From contig JAKIUF010000004.1 of NCBI GenBank assembly GCA_021647705.1, positions 74,878 to 138,877 on the forward strand: DNA of 64,000 bases, in the 5' to 3' direction. Positions 20,658 through 31,346 of this stretch are shown here, piece by piece. The notes below the pieces were generated by a model, which worked only from the letters and a program-made list of their open reading frames with translations, had not been told where the DNA came from and did not search any database. Every line of letters begins with the position of its first letter. Positions within the stretch are counted from its first letter, which is position 1. Source of the stretch: Gammaproteobacteria bacterium (lineage in GTDB: Bacteria > Pseudomonadota > Gammaproteobacteria > SZUA-152). Both the position numbers and the translations under genes were made by a program.

Positions 20658-21422
20658 TCAGGCTTCCGCACCCAAAACAGCGCGCACCACATCAAGATCC
20701 TTTTTGGTATCCACCCCGGCGAGCGGTACTTCAACTGCTTCGGCAACGTGGATACGATGCCCATGCCACAACACACGCAGCTGCTCGAGGGATTCCGTTT
20801 GCTCCAGCGGGCATGGTGACCACTGGCTGTACTCACGCAAAAAACTCGCACGATAAGCATAAAGGCCAATGTGCCGAAAGTGCTCACCATGATCGGGAAA
20901 AATTTCCGCCGTATTGGCAAAAGCCTCCCGGTCCCAGGGAATACTGGCGCGGCTGAAATAAAGTGCCATGCCCTGTCGGTCTTTCACCACTTTCACTGCG
21001 TGCGGATCAAATAATTCGGCCGTGGTGGTAATCCGGGTGCAGACGGTGGCCATGCTCGCTGCGGTACAAGCCGCAAGATTTTCCGCCACCTGATGGATCA
21101 CTGCCGAGGGCATCAATGGTTCATCACCTTGCAGATTCACCACAATCTGGTCGTCGGCAAATGTTAATTTTTCTGCTACTTCCGCAATACGATCAGTACC
21201 GGATTGATGTGCCACCGAAGTTAAACAGGTTTCAGCACCAAATTGCTGTGCGGCGGCTTCAATTTGTGAGCTGTCTGTAGCAATAATCACCTGTGCTGCA
21301 CCGCTTTCCAGCGCACGCTCGTAAACATGCTGAATCATCGGTTTGCCTGCAATATCCAGCAGCGGTTTTCCCGGCAGGCGGGTTGCCGCATAACGTGCAG
21401 GAATGATGACGCTGAACTTCAT
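20658..21422 (-). CDS. kdsB: 3-deoxy-manno-octulosonate cytidylyltransferase
   Basis: [16 protein letters not shown]...GDEP motifs; 254 aa. Confidence 0.9.
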   Translation of the reverse strand: MKFSVIIPARYAATRLPGKPLLDIAGKPMIQHVYERALESGAAQVIIATDSSQIEAAAQQFGAETCLTSVAHQSGTDRIAEVAEKLTFADDQIVVNLQGDEPLMPSAVIHQVAENLAACTAASMATVCTRITTTAELFDPHAVKVVKDRQGMALYFSRASIPWDREAFANTAEIFPDHGEHFRHIGLYAYRASFLREYSQWSPCPLEQTESLEQLRVLWHGHRIHVAEAVEVPLAGVDTKKDLDVVRAVLGAEA

Positions 21423-21601
21423 GCAATTTCCTCATCAGCAGCCAGTACGCGCGCTTCTTCTTCGAGCATTACCGGAATATCGTCACGAATGGGATACGCC
21501 AGCCGGTCTGCTTTGCATACCAGTTCTTTTGCATCTTTTAAATAAACCAACGGCCCTTTGCAAATAGGACATACCAAAATATCGAGTAGTTTTTTATCCA
21601 C
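21419..21601 (-). CDS. Trm112/YcaR-family protein
   Basis: [14 protein letters not shown]...DIPVML; conserved position between kdsB and lpxK. Confidence 0.85.
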   Translation of the reverse strand: MDKKLLDILVCPICKGPLVYLKDAKELVCKADRLAYPIRDDIPVMLEEEARVLAADEEIA

Positions 21602-21659
21602 GTTATTTACCTGAAGTTGTTATCTAAATTGTTGCCCAAAAAGTATGTTTGATACACAC

Positions 21660-22631
21660 TCAGCGTTTTATCAAACGCAAAATTAATGGAATAATACGTT
21701 CATCCAGTGTTGCGTCAACCGGCACACACCAGTGTTGCTCTGTTGCAAATACCTGACATTTCACTGCATCTTTTTCCGTCATCAGCACGGGTAGCTCATC
21801 GCCAAAAATAATATCCTCCTGTGCAAAAGGATGATGGTCGGGAAACGCATGTTCAATCACTGTCATGCCCAGCCCTTCCAGCTGACGAAAAAACCGCGCC
21901 GGATTGCCGATACCTGCGATGGCATGCACGGTTTGCCCGGCAAAACTATCCAGCGTCACCCGCCGCTTTGGTCGTTTCATATTACGCACGGTGCCCGGAA
22001 TCAAGTCCATGCGATATTCACGCACACTTGGCATACCATTGGTGACCACGGCATCCACCGAACGTAACCGGCTCAGCGGTTCACGTAACGGCCCGGCAGG
22101 CAGACAATGTTGATTACCAAACCGGCGCACACCATCCACTACGGCAATTTCCATATCGCGCCCCAGTGCATAATGCTGCAAACCATCATCCGACACGATG
22201 ATGTCACACTCCGTGTGCGCCAGCAGTGCCTCGACCGCGTCAACACGATCAGGCCCCACGGCCATGGGGCAGGCGCAACGTTGTGACAATAATACGGCTT
22301 CATCACCTACCATGCGTGGGTCACTGTCGGCGCGCACCTGCTGTGGCCAGTTTGTCGCCTGTCCACCATAGCCTCGACTCACAATACCTGGGGTATAACC
22401 ATGATTACGCAACATATCCACCAGCCAGGTCACCAGTGGCGTTTTGCCTGTACCTCCCACGGAGATATTGCCTACAATAATCACCGGGATCGGCAGGTGA
22501 TAGACCTTCAGCACACCTGTACGATATAACAGCCGTCGGGTAACCGCGACAAGGCAAAATAACCAGGACACAGGCAACAACAATAAAGGAATAAAACCTT
22601 TGTTGTACCAATAATAATCCAGCCTTTTCAC
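21660..22631 (-). CDS. lpxK: tetraacyldisaccharide 4'-kinase
   Basis: VGNISVGGTGKTP P-loop; 323 aa. Confidence 0.9.
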   Translation of the reverse strand: MKRLDYYWYNKGFIPLLLLPVSWLFCLVAVTRRLLYRTGVLKVYHLPIPVIIVGNISVGGTGKTPLVTWLVDMLRNHGYTPGIVSRGYGGQATNWPQQVRADSDPRMVGDEAVLLSQRCACPMAVGPDRVDAVEALLAHTECDIIVSDDGLQHYALGRDMEIAVVDGVRRFGNQHCLPAGPLREPLSRLRSVDAVVTNGMPSVREYRMDLIPGTVRNMKRPKRRVTLDSFAGQTVHAIAGIGNPARFFRQLEGLGMTVIEHAFPDHHPFAQEDIIFGDELPVLMTEKDAVKCQVFATEQHWCVPVDATLDERIIPLILRLIKR

Positions 22632-22701
22632 AATGCCTCACCCACCGAAATAAACAATGCTTGCTTAAAGAGATAACCTGTACGTTCCAATATCACCACA
22701 G

Positions 22702-22789
22702 GTAGGGTGGGCATGTTTTTTTGCCCACGCGGTAATCCCGCAATGATTTTCTGTAACCCGTGAGCACAAACAACGTGCCCACCCTACCG
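22702..22789. repeat. REP-like hairpin doublet (GTAGGGTGGGCA..TGCCCAC), inverted pair
   Basis: 22702-22731 and the reverse complement of 22758-22789 match each other and the copy at 32851. Confidence 0.7.
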
Positions 22790-22794
22790 GGTAC

Positions 22795-24555
22795 TTACTT
22801 CTCTCCAACCTGGAGCTGGTAAAGCGATGCGTAATCTTTACCCGCCGCTAACAGTTCTGCATGCGTGCCGGACTCGACAATTTCCCCTTCGCGCATTACC
22901 AGGATTTTATCCGCATTTTCAATGGTTGATAACCGATGTGCAATCACCAGTGTTGTTCGATTTTTCATCAGAACACTCAGGGCATCCTGGATATAACGCT
23001 CGGACTCTGTATCCAGTGCCGATGTCGCTTCATCGAGAATCAGTATAGGCGCATCTTTCAGCAAGGCACGGGCAATGGCGATGCGTTGACGTTGGCCACC
23101 GGACAACAACACACCTTTGTCACCCACCTGGGTTTGATAACCTTCGGGCAATTGGGCGATAAATTCATCGGCGTGCGCGGCCTTGGCTGCCGCAATAATC
23201 TCTTCTTCAGAGTGGCTGGCCAGTGCGCCATAGGCAATATTGTTAAACACCGTGTCGTCAAACAGGGTGATATCCTGGCTCACCAGGGAAATGTGATTGC
23301 GCAAATCATCCAGTTTCAGTTCCTGTACCGGCACGCCATCCAGCAGAATCTCTCCCTGGCTGATGTCATAAAAACGTGGCAACAGGTTCACCAGTGTTGA
23401 TTTACCACTGCCGGAGCGTCCTACCATGGCGACAGTCTCGCCTGCGGCGGCAGAAAAACTGATGGATTTCAGCACATCACCCTTGGCTCGGTCGTAACTG
23501 AAAGTGACATCCCGAAATTCAATATCACCCTTTATCGGGGACAGTGTTTTTGTGCCGGTATCTTTTTCCGCTTCTTCGTCCAGCAGCGAAAAGACACTTT
23601 GCGCAGCAGCTATGCCTTGCTGCACCGTGGCTTGCACCATGGTCAGGCGTTTCATCGGTGCCAGTAATAACATGCTGGCGGCTAAAAAAGACATGAACGT
23701 ACCTACCGTTAACGCTTCCAACAGATCTTTCGAGGTGGCGACGTACAAAATCACCGCGACCCCACAGGCACCCAGAAACTGTGAAACCGGCACACTGATG
23801 GCGCGTGTTGCTGCCAGTTTCATATTCTGCCGACGATTAAACTCATTGGCTTTGGAAAATTGTTTGTCTTCACATGTTTCACCACCAAATATCTTTACCA
23901 CGCGATGACCTTCGGTGATCTGCTGTGATAGCTGTGTCACATTACCCATGGAGGCCTGAATACGCTGACTGATACGGCGAAAGCGTTTGCTCACCGCAAC
24001 GACCAAAAGGGTAATTACCGGACCTAACACTAAAAAGACAATCGCCAGTTTCCAGCTGGTATAAAACATCAAAATCAACAAACCGATAATCGTCAACGTA
24101 TCACGCACTACGATGGTGACCGCTTTGGTGGCCGCCTGGGCCACACGCTCTACGTCATAAATTAATTTTGAGGTTAATTGGCCCGAGGCATTGCGGTCAT
24201 AAAATGCAGTGGGCAGGCGCATTAAACGGGTAAACATCTGCTTGCGCATGTCGCGGATAATATTGCGCCCGACATGCTCCATACCGTAGGTGGCAACAAA
24301 ACCTGCCAGCCCGCGAACAATAAAAATACCCATAAAAGCAAAGGGCAACCAGCTGATAATCTCGGGGTCTTTTTCTACGAAACTGCCATCCAGCATGGGT
24401 TTTATGATCCAGGCCAGCCCCGCCTCTGTGCTGGCGACCACGGCCATGCCGATAATCGCCAGAATAAAAATAGAGGAATACTGCCAGGCGTAACCCAGCA
24501 GGCGTCTATAAACCTGGGTGGGAGACATGGGGTCAGTCCTGGGCTTCACGCACAA
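22795..24555 (-). CDS. msbA: lipid A export ABC transporter (ATP-binding plus permease)
   Basis: Six-TM N-terminal domain; Walker A GRSGSGKST; LSGGQRQR; ILILDEATSALD. Confidence 0.9.
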   Translation of the reverse strand: MCVKPRTDPMSPTQVYRRLLGYAWQYSSIFILAIIGMAVVASTEAGLAWIIKPMLDGSFVEKDPEIISWLPFAFMGIFIVRGLAGFVATYGMEHVGRNIIRDMRKQMFTRLMRLPTAFYDRNASGQLTSKLIYDVERVAQAATKAVTIVVRDTLTIIGLLILMFYTSWKLAIVFLVLGPVITLLVVAVSKRFRRISQRIQASMGNVTQLSQQITEGHRVVKIFGGETCEDKQFSKANEFNRRQNMKLAATRAISVPVSQFLGACGVAVILYVATSKDLLEALTVGTFMSFLAASMLLLAPMKRLTMVQATVQQGIAAAQSVFSLLDEEAEKDTGTKTLSPIKGDIEFRDVTFSYDRAKGDVLKSISFSAAAGETVAMVGRSGSGKSTLVNLLPRFYDISQGEILLDGVPVQELKLDDLRNHISLVSQDITLFDDTVFNNIAYGALASHSEEEIIAAAKAAHADEFIAQLPEGYQTQVGDKGVLLSGGQRQRIAIARALLKDAPILILDEATSALDTESERYIQDALSVLMKNRTTLVIAHRLSTIENADKILVMREGEIVESGTHAELLAAGKDYASLYQLQVGEK

Positions 24556-24567
24556 TGAGCAAAAAAA

Positions 24568-24990
24568 TCACTGCTCTTCGGGGGTGCGCGTTGTGGCGAA
24601 GTTCAGATGGACGAACCCGAGTCGGCTGGCGGCATCCATGACCGTTATCACTGACTGGTGCGGTGTTTTTGCATCGGCACTGAGGATGATCGGCGGGTCT
24701 TTGCGATCTCCTGCCACTTCCTGCATGGCTTTCATCAGGGTGGTCAGTTTGGTGTTGATCACTCGTTTGTTATTAACGTAATACGTGCCTTCGGCATCCA
24801 CAGTCACTTGCATGACAAAATCATCTGTCACTTTTTTGTCCGTCGTGGCCTGTGGCAGCATGATTTCAATTTCGGATTCACGCTCAAAGGTGGTGGACAC
24901 CATAAAAAAAATCAACAGCAAAAACACCACGTCAATGAGTGGCGTGATGTTAACGTCCAGTACTTCTTTTTGCTTGGGTGAAATATTCAC
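24568..24990 (-). CDS. exbD: ExbD/TolR biopolymer transport protein
   Basis: INITPLIDVVFLLLIFFMV is the ExbD motif; 140 aa. Confidence 0.85.
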   Translation of the reverse strand: MNISPKQKEVLDVNITPLIDVVFLLLIFFMVSTTFERESEIEIMLPQATTDKKVTDDFVMQVTVDAEGTYYVNNKRVINTKLTTLMKAMQEVAGDRKDPPIILSADAKTPHQSVITVMDAASRLGFVHLNFATTRTPEEQ

Positions 24991-25007
24991 AATGGTTAAC
25001 GGGCGGC

Positions 25008-25658
25008 TCAGGTTGCAGGGGGTGCCTGGGTGGTGGGTACGGAGACATCGGATTCACGATCACCGTGAATCACTTCCACCATTTTGATGGCTTCTTGCTC
25101 CATATACACTACCAGACCATCAATGAGCCCACGGAAATAACGGTGGGCCATCAGAGCAGGAATCGCCACCGACAAACCAGCGGCCGTGGTGATTAGCGCT
25201 TCGGAAATACCTCCGGCCAGCACGGCGGGATTACCCACGCCCTGGGAGGTAATCACGCTGAATACCTTGATCATGCCGATAACTGTGCCCAACAGGCCCA
25301 ATAAGGGTGTGATGGCGGCGATAGTGCCCAGACTGTTCATGTAACGCTCAAGCTCATGCACCACATGGCGACCGGTTTCTTCGATGCTTTCTTTCATCAC
25401 CTCGCGGCTGTTATTGACATTGCTCAACCCTGAGGCCAGCACCTGTCCCAGTGGGGAGCTGTTGCGTACCGTGCTGATCTGCTCGCCGGAAAGCTTTCCT
25501 TTGGATTGCAGGTGCCAGATTTGTGCCACCAGATGCTTGGGAATAATGCGTTTGCGCTGTAACGACCATAAGCGCTCGCCAATAATGGCCAGGGCCACGA
25601 TGGAACATAAAATGATGGGAACCATCAACCAGCCGCCGGATTTTACAATTTCAAACAC
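25008..25658 (-). CDS. exbB: MotA/TolQ/ExbB proton channel
   Basis: Three TM helices; conserved GLLGTVIGMI motif. Confidence 0.85.
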   Translation of the reverse strand: MFEIVKSGGWLMVPIILCSIVALAIIGERLWSLQRKRIIPKHLVAQIWHLQSKGKLSGEQISTVRNSSPLGQVLASGLSNVNNSREVMKESIEETGRHVVHELERYMNSLGTIAAITPLLGLLGTVIGMIKVFSVITSQGVGNPAVLAGGISEALITTAAGLSVAIPALMAHRYFRGLIDGLVVYMEQEAIKMVEVIHGDRESDVSVPTTQAPPAT

Positions 25659-25749
25659 GAATACTTGTCCTCTGGTATCAATTGCTGTCTTTCATTAATG
25701 GCAAAATGCGAAACGACTTTGCAAACAGGGCGCTACTTTAGCAGAGACC

Positions 25750-28200
25750 TTATTTTGCAGGAAGGTTTTGCTGAAAGGTTTTGTCGGCGGGGTGTATTAA
25801 AAGATGTGGTAGCTTTGCATCCGGTTTGTCCTTCACATGCCAATAGCGCGCAGCTTGCTGACGATGGGTGTTCACAGCATCCAGCCCGTCTTTACTGCCT
25901 AATTGCAGTTCGATGGCACCATGCCGGGCCGTGTCGAACAGGCGCACCTGCTGATCCCTATAACGTTGTACGATGTGTGCTTTGGGAAAACCGTAACGAT
26001 TACGGTAACCTACAGGAAACAACGCTACTGTCGGTGATACCGCCGCCAAAAATGCCGGGGTGGACGAGGTACGGCTGCCGTGATGCGGTGCCACCAGTAC
26101 ATCACTGGCCAGTTTGTTGCCAAACACTCTCACCAGTTCATCTTCTGCTGCCCGCTCGATATCACCTGTAAGCAATACACTGTGTTCACCCGCCTGCACC
26201 CGTAACACACAAGAGCGGTTGTTGCTCTCACGCCCACCCACATGCACATGTTTCCCCGGACTCAACATCGTAAAAATCACCCCATCCCATTGCCAGCGCT
26301 GCCCGGCCTGACACAGTTCGGCTCCGTCAATGCGCTGCGGCACACTGCTGAGCACCTGCTGTACCGAAATAGTTGCCCGCAGTCCTGCCACTCCGCCAAT
26401 GTGATCGTTATCACCGTGGCTCACCACCAACGTATCGATGTGCCGCCGTCCCTGCGCACGCAGATACGGCGCGACCACTGCCTCTCCGGTATTAAAGCCG
26501 CTGGAAAATTGTGGCCCCGTATCAAATACCAGTACGTGATTTTGTGTCTGCACCACCGCCGCCAGCCCCTGCCCCACATCCAGCAGAGTGAAGCGCGCCT
26601 GTCCCTGCGGAATAACTGCCGGGGATACAAACAACAATGGCAACAATCCAACCAGCCATACCCATCGCGCCGGTACACCCCGCGGTGCCAGTAACCAGAG
26701 AATACCCATCACCGCCACCGGCATGGCCCACAGCGGCGGAGCCATCTGCTGCCATGCGGCCAGTTTCCATTGTGCAAGCCCATCCAGCCACCACCACAAC
26801 GCATCCAGGCTCAATGTTGACAAGCCCAGCAGCCATCCGCCCAGCGTAGTGGAAAACCCCAGGCAAATACTGCCCAGCAACGTTAGAGGCACAGTCACCA
26901 GACTGACCCATGGCACCGCCAACAGGTTGGCCAGTGGTGCAACCACGGAGGCCTGCTGAAATAACAGCAGTAACGCAGGAAACAAACCCACAGCCACCAG
27001 CCATTGCACCCGTCCCCAGCGCCACCAGTACGAATTCATTGCCAACCGGCCAGACATGCCGTACACGATCACCGCCACTGCGCCAAACGATAACCAGAAA
27101 CCGGCGGCCATGACGGCCAACGGGTCAATCATCAATACCAGCAACAAAGCCAGCGCCAGCAAATGTGAAGGACGTGTGTGGCGCTGCACAATGATCGCCA
27201 GCATCACCACAGCCACCATTACCAACGCCCGCTGCGTGGGCACGGAAAAACCGGCCAGCATGGCGTACACGGCGGCGGCCAGCAAAGCGGCCACAGCACC
27301 CGCTTTGGCCGCAGGCCAGTGGATTACAGCATGGGCCGAGCAACGCCACAGCCTGTGCATCAGAAAAAAGGCAAAGCCTGCCACTAATCCCACATGCAGA
27401 CCGGAAATAGCCACCAGGTGATTGGTCCCGGTACGCATCAGCACATCCCACTGCGGCTGGCTGATTTGCTGACGGTCTCCAATGGCCAGTGCCAACACAA
27501 TGCCACGCAATGGATGATCATCGAGGGCCGCAAGAATCCGGGTACGCAGTGTTTCCCGTAGCTGGCCTACCCGGTAAGCATTGCCCGCCGGGGTCAGGCG
27601 TTGATTCAGCGAAACCGTAGCATCCACTGCCGGATGCTTTGTAGCATGACGCACGTAACCTTTGGCACGAATACCCTGCTGGAACAACCATGCCTCGTAA
27701 TCAAATCCTCCGGGGTTGGAAAAACCGTGCGGGCGTTTCAGGCGCACTTGCAGCCGCCAGCGCTCTCCCACATGGACAGAGGGTATTTTATGCTCCTTGC
27801 GGGAGTACCAGCTCAGTAACAGTTTACCCGGCACCGCTTGAATTTCGCCCTGCCAATGCAGGCTGTGCGGCACAAACTGAAAACGCAATCGACGCCCCTG
27901 CCACTCCGGCAACGAGGCGATATAACCTTCCACCACCACATCCTGCCCTTCCAGTTCCGTTGGCAGTGCGCCAGCCAATAATGAGTGGGCAATAATGCTG
28001 GCCATGAAAAAACCCATGCCGGTGCCGATAACCAAATTCATGAAAACCGGCCAGGGACGCCCCCGAAAAAACCAAGCCAGTGCGGTTACGGCCATCAGCA
28101 ACGTGACCAGTAAACCCAGCAGAAAAGCCCTGCCCGGCAACACCGATAATGGCTGCAAACCCGCAGTACCTATCAAAAATCCCAGCGCCATCCTGCGCAT
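25750..28200 (-). CDS. comEC: DNA internalisation competence protein ComEC/Rec2
   Basis: 816 aa; N-terminal OB/DUF4131, multi-TM competence domain, C-terminal metallo-beta-lactamase (VVSHGDNDHIGG). Confidence 0.85.
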   Translation of the reverse strand: MRRMALGFLIGTAGLQPLSVLPGRAFLLGLLVTLLMAVTALAWFFRGRPWPVFMNLVIGTGMGFFMASIIAHSLLAGALPTELEGQDVVVEGYIASLPEWQGRRLRFQFVPHSLHWQGEIQAVPGKLLLSWYSRKEHKIPSVHVGERWRLQVRLKRPHGFSNPGGFDYEAWLFQQGIRAKGYVRHATKHPAVDATVSLNQRLTPAGNAYRVGQLRETLRTRILAALDDHPLRGIVLALAIGDRQQISQPQWDVLMRTGTNHLVAISGLHVGLVAGFAFFLMHRLWRCSAHAVIHWPAAKAGAVAALLAAAVYAMLAGFSVPTQRALVMVAVVMLAIIVQRHTRPSHLLALALLLVLMIDPLAVMAAGFWLSFGAVAVIVYGMSGRLAMNSYWWRWGRVQWLVAVGLFPALLLLFQQASVVAPLANLLAVPWVSLVTVPLTLLGSICLGFSTTLGGWLLGLSTLSLDALWWWLDGLAQWKLAAWQQMAPPLWAMPVAVMGILWLLAPRGVPARWVWLVGLLPLLFVSPAVIPQGQARFTLLDVGQGLAAVVQTQNHVLVFDTGPQFSSGFNTGEAVVAPYLRAQGRRHIDTLVVSHGDNDHIGGVAGLRATISVQQVLSSVPQRIDGAELCQAGQRWQWDGVIFTMLSPGKHVHVGGRESNNRSCVLRVQAGEHSVLLTGDIERAAEDELVRVFGNKLASDVLVAPHHGSRTSSTPAFLAAVSPTVALFPVGYRNRYGFPKAHIVQRYRDQQVRLFDTARHGAIELQLGSKDGLDAVNTHRQQAARYWHVKDKPDAKLPHLLIHPADKTFQQNLPAK

Positions 28201-28337
28201 TTTTAACGTCCCTGTGTTGTACCTGGATTACCCTTATTGGTTGCTATCGAGACAACCCCTTTCCCACCGCCTGAAATTGTGGATAATGGCCGACCTTGCC
28301 GCCCATTAAAACAGCCCGTTAAAAACAAACAATCCGC

Positions 28338-28892
28338 ATGCCAAAACGATTTATCAAACGCTTCATGCCGAATCAACAAAAGATTCGTGACCATAAGCAT
28401 TTGCGATTTCTGGGCGTCCTGCTGCACGACCCCAACATTTTCCACTTGAACCGGCGTTCGGTCTCCGGCGCATTCAGCGTCGGCCTGTTTATGGCTTTTG
28501 TACCTATACCGCTGCAAATGATATTCGCCGCCATTGGGGCCATTGTATTGCGAGTAAACCTGCCCATTTCCGTGGCACTGGTATGGATCACTAACCCGCT
28601 AACCATCCCTCCCATCTATTATTTTACTTATAAAGTGGGCACCTGGATTTTGCAAACACCCACGCGGGACATCCAGTTTGAATTATCGACTCACTGGCTA
28701 ATGGGGGAGCTGGGTGTGATTTGGCAACCACTGTTGTTAGGCTGCCTTGTCACCAGTACGGTTCTTGCCGTGCTGGGCAATTTATCAATTCGCCTGTTTT
28801 GGCGTTTGTATGTCAATCAGAGCTGGCGCAAACGCCGACAGGATCGTGCCGAGAGAAAAAAGCAGAAAAAGGCAAAAAACAATACGGGTTAA
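28338..28892 (+). CDS. DUF2062-family membrane protein
   Basis: RGVLLHDPNIFHLNRRSV..GLFMAFVP is the DUF2062 pattern; the stop codon lies inside the MITE terminal repeat. Confidence 0.7.
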   Translation: MPKRFIKRFMPNQQKIRDHKHLRFLGVLLHDPNIFHLNRRSVSGAFSVGLFMAFVPIPLQMIFAAIGAIVLRVNLPISVALVWITNPLTIPPIYYFTYKVGTWILQTPTRDIQFELSTHWLMGELGVIWQPLLLGCLVTSTVLAVLGNLSIRLFWRLYVNQSWRKRRQDRAERKKQKKAKNNTG

Positions 28893-29178
28893 ATGTGAAT
28901 TAAGTGCTAAAAATATTCAACCGAATCACAGCGTCATAAAATCCAACGCAAAGGCGCGAAGACGCAGAGAGCGCAAAGGGTTTAGAGGATCACAAGCAAA
29001 AGACATGCCCCTCGTAGCCATTGCGATTTTATTGCATGCAGGTTCAGTAAACACCCGAATCACAAATGCTGTAGTGTATCTCTCTGCGCTCTTTGCGTCT
29101 TCGCGTTGGGTTTTCATTATTCAGGCCCAACCAGCATGCGAATAAAAACAAGGTAATTTAGCCCTTGATTCACATTTA
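28889..29178. mobile_element. MITE-like element, full copy (~290 bp)
   Basis: TTAAATGTGAATTAAGTGCTAAAAA ... TTTAGCCCTTGATTCACATTTA; internal long imperfect hairpin gcgcgaagacgcagagagcgcaaag / ctctctgcgctctttgcgtcttcgcg. Confidence 0.8.
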
Positions 29179-29183
29179 GCTGT

Positions 29184-29870
29184 TCAGCTTTCTTCAAATT
29201 CACCGTTCGTCAAACGCAACACCCGCGACATGCGTTGCGCCAGTTGCAGATCATGTGTCACCAGCACCAGACTAGTACCCAGTTCGTCATTAAGTTCCAG
29301 CATTAAATCGTAAACCTGTGCTGCGGTGTGCTGATCCAGATTACCCGTGGGCTCATCGGCCAGCACACACAGGGGTTTGGTGATCAGCGCACGGGCGATG
29401 GCGGTACGTTGACGTTCGCCGCCCGAAAGCTCCGCCGGTTTGTGCCGCAACCGTGCCGCCAGCCCCACTTTGCTCAGCAGGTCAGCCGCCTGATCACGGG
29501 CCTCTGCCGTTGATAAACCACGAATCAACAACGGCATGGCCACGTTTTCCAGCGCTGTGAACTCCGCCAGCAAATGGTGAAACTGGTAGACAAACCCCAG
29601 CATTTTATTGCGCAACCGACCTCGCTCCGCCTCGTTAAGTGCATCCAGACGCTGGCCATCCACGCTGACTTCGCCGCGTGTCGGTTTGTCGAGCCCGCCC
29701 AGCAAATGCAGCAAAGTGCTTTTACCCGAACCTGATGCCCCCACAATAGCCACCCGTTCACCGCGCTGGATATCCAGCTGGATATTGCGCAGCACTTCCA
29801 CGGCCAGTCCACCTTCATCGAAGGTTTTGTTCAGCCCCTGACACTGCAATACGCTGTGTTGATCACTCAT
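29184..29870 (-). CDS. lolD: lipoprotein-releasing ABC transporter ATP-binding protein
   Basis: Start taken at [10 protein letters not shown]; Walker [10 protein letters not shown]; LSGGERQR; overlaps lolE by 8 nt. Confidence 0.85.
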   Translation of the reverse strand: MSDQHSVLQCQGLNKTFDEGGLAVEVLRNIQLDIQRGERVAIVGASGSGKSTLLHLLGGLDKPTRGEVSVDGQRLDALNEAERGRLRNKMLGFVYQFHHLLAEFTALENVAMPLLIRGLSTAEARDQAADLLSKVGLAARLRHKPAELSGGERQRTAIARALITKPLCVLADEPTGNLDQHTAAQVYDLMLELNDELGTSLVLVTHDLQLAQRMSRVLRLTNGEFEES

Positions 29871-31116
29871 AACGCAATGCCTCCGCGGGTTGGGTGCGCG
29901 AGGCTCGCCAGGCCGGATACAAGGTCGCCAACACACTCAGTCCAAAGGAGATGGCGGAAATTTTGAACACATCATCCCAATGCAGCTCCGAGGGAAAGGT
30001 ATTGATGTAATACACATCCCCCGGCATGAACTGAATACCCAGCACCCCTTCCAGCCAACCCACCACAACATCGAGGTTAAGCGATAACGTGACGCCAAGC
30101 GCTGCGCCCAGTAATACGCCAATGATGCCAATCACTACGCCCTGTATAATGAAAATTGTCATAATAGAACCCGGTGTACTGCCCAGAGTGCGCAAAATGG
30201 CGATATCGGCCTGCTTGTCCGTCACCACCATCACCAACGTAGAAACGATATTAAACGCCGCCACGGCCACAATCAGCATCAAAATAATAAACATCATCAT
30301 TTTTTCAATTTTTACCGCACGGAACAGATTGGCATGCCGCATGGTCCAGTCGGAAATCCAGTAACCACCCGGCAATGCATCCGCCAGTTCATTACGCACA
30401 GGTACAGCCTCAAACATATCCGTCAGTTTCAAGCGCAGTCCGGTAACGCCATCCCCCATACGAAACAGGCGCGAAGCATCATCAAGATGAATCAGCGCCA
30501 GGGCGCTATCGTATTCATGCATGCCCACTTCAAAAATGCCCTTCACGGTAAAACGCTTCAAGCGCGGCAGAATGCCCGCCGGGGTATTACTGGCCTGCGG
30601 TGTCACCACGGTGACCTTGTCACCCAAAGCGGCGTTCAATTTACGCGCCAACCCCACCCCCAGTACGATGCCAAACTCCCCCGAGTGCAAATCATCCAAC
30701 TTGCCATAAATCATTTTCTGCCAGACATCTGACACCGCCGGATCACGATCAGGCAACACGCCGCGCAACAAACTGCCCTGCACTTGCGAACCAAAACTGA
30801 GCATCACCTCCTTGCGCACATAGGGTGCGAGCCCCACGACACGGGATTCATGTTTTTCGATAGCCTCCCCCAGCGCAGCCCAGTCCGTCAACGGCTCACT
30901 GCTCAAACGAGTGATGGTAATGTGCGAAGCCATGCCCAAAATGCGCTCGCGTAGTTCCTTTTCAAAGCCATTCATCACTGACAACACGGTAATCAGTGCC
31001 ATTACCCCAAGCACGATGCCCATCATGGATGTCAGGGAGATAAAAGAAATGAACTGGTTGCGACGTTTGGCGCGTAAATAACGCAGACCGATGTAAAGTT
31101 CCAGAGGTTTAAACAT
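29863..31116 (-). CDS. lolE: lipoprotein-releasing system permease
   Basis: 417 aa; FtsX/MacB-like topology with large periplasmic loop; conserved position upstream of lolD. Confidence 0.85.
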   Translation of the reverse strand: MFKPLELYIGLRYLRAKRRNQFISFISLTSMMGIVLGVMALITVLSVMNGFEKELRERILGMASHITITRLSSEPLTDWAALGEAIEKHESRVVGLAPYVRKEVMLSFGSQVQGSLLRGVLPDRDPAVSDVWQKMIYGKLDDLHSGEFGIVLGVGLARKLNAALGDKVTVVTPQASNTPAGILPRLKRFTVKGIFEVGMHEYDSALALIHLDDASRLFRMGDGVTGLRLKLTDMFEAVPVRNELADALPGGYWISDWTMRHANLFRAVKIEKMMMFIILMLIVAVAAFNIVSTLVMVVTDKQADIAILRTLGSTPGSIMTIFIIQGVVIGIIGVLLGAALGVTLSLNLDVVVGWLEGVLGIQFMPGDVYYINTFPSELHWDDVFKISAISFGLSVLATLYPAWRASRTQPAEALRYE

Positions 31117-31346
31117 GAGGTGCCAATGTGGTAACTGAATTTAGTAGTGACGGTAAATAATACAATGTGCCCGACCGAGCACTACCCGCGAGCGCCGATG
31201 TTAACACGCGACAATTGACAGAGGTACTCAGAGCCTTGCCCCGGTATGAAATGAATCAGGTGGAAAGGTGGACTTTTCCAATCGCACCAAGCTGTATACA
31301 CTGCAAGACGATTTACACCGTTTTGCACCCGTAAGCGAGGTTACCG

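Noticed and set aside
26114-27995. Numerous overlapping ORFs on both strands inside comEC (for example 26242..26694, 26522..27025, 27056..27421)
   Set aside because: The GC-rich comEC region generates long stop-free frames. The 816-aa ComEC/Rec2 product has coherent domain structure and these lack any motif.
28747-29145. ORFs 28747..29145 (+) and 28926..29117 (-)
   Set aside because: They lie entirely within the MITE-like repeat, which is palindromic and carries CTCTGCG units. They are not coding.
29937-30131. A longer LolD ORF (29184..29936) and internal ORFs in lolE
   Set aside because: The conserved LolD N-terminus begins at the internal MSDQH. The 5' extension overlaps lolE in another frame.
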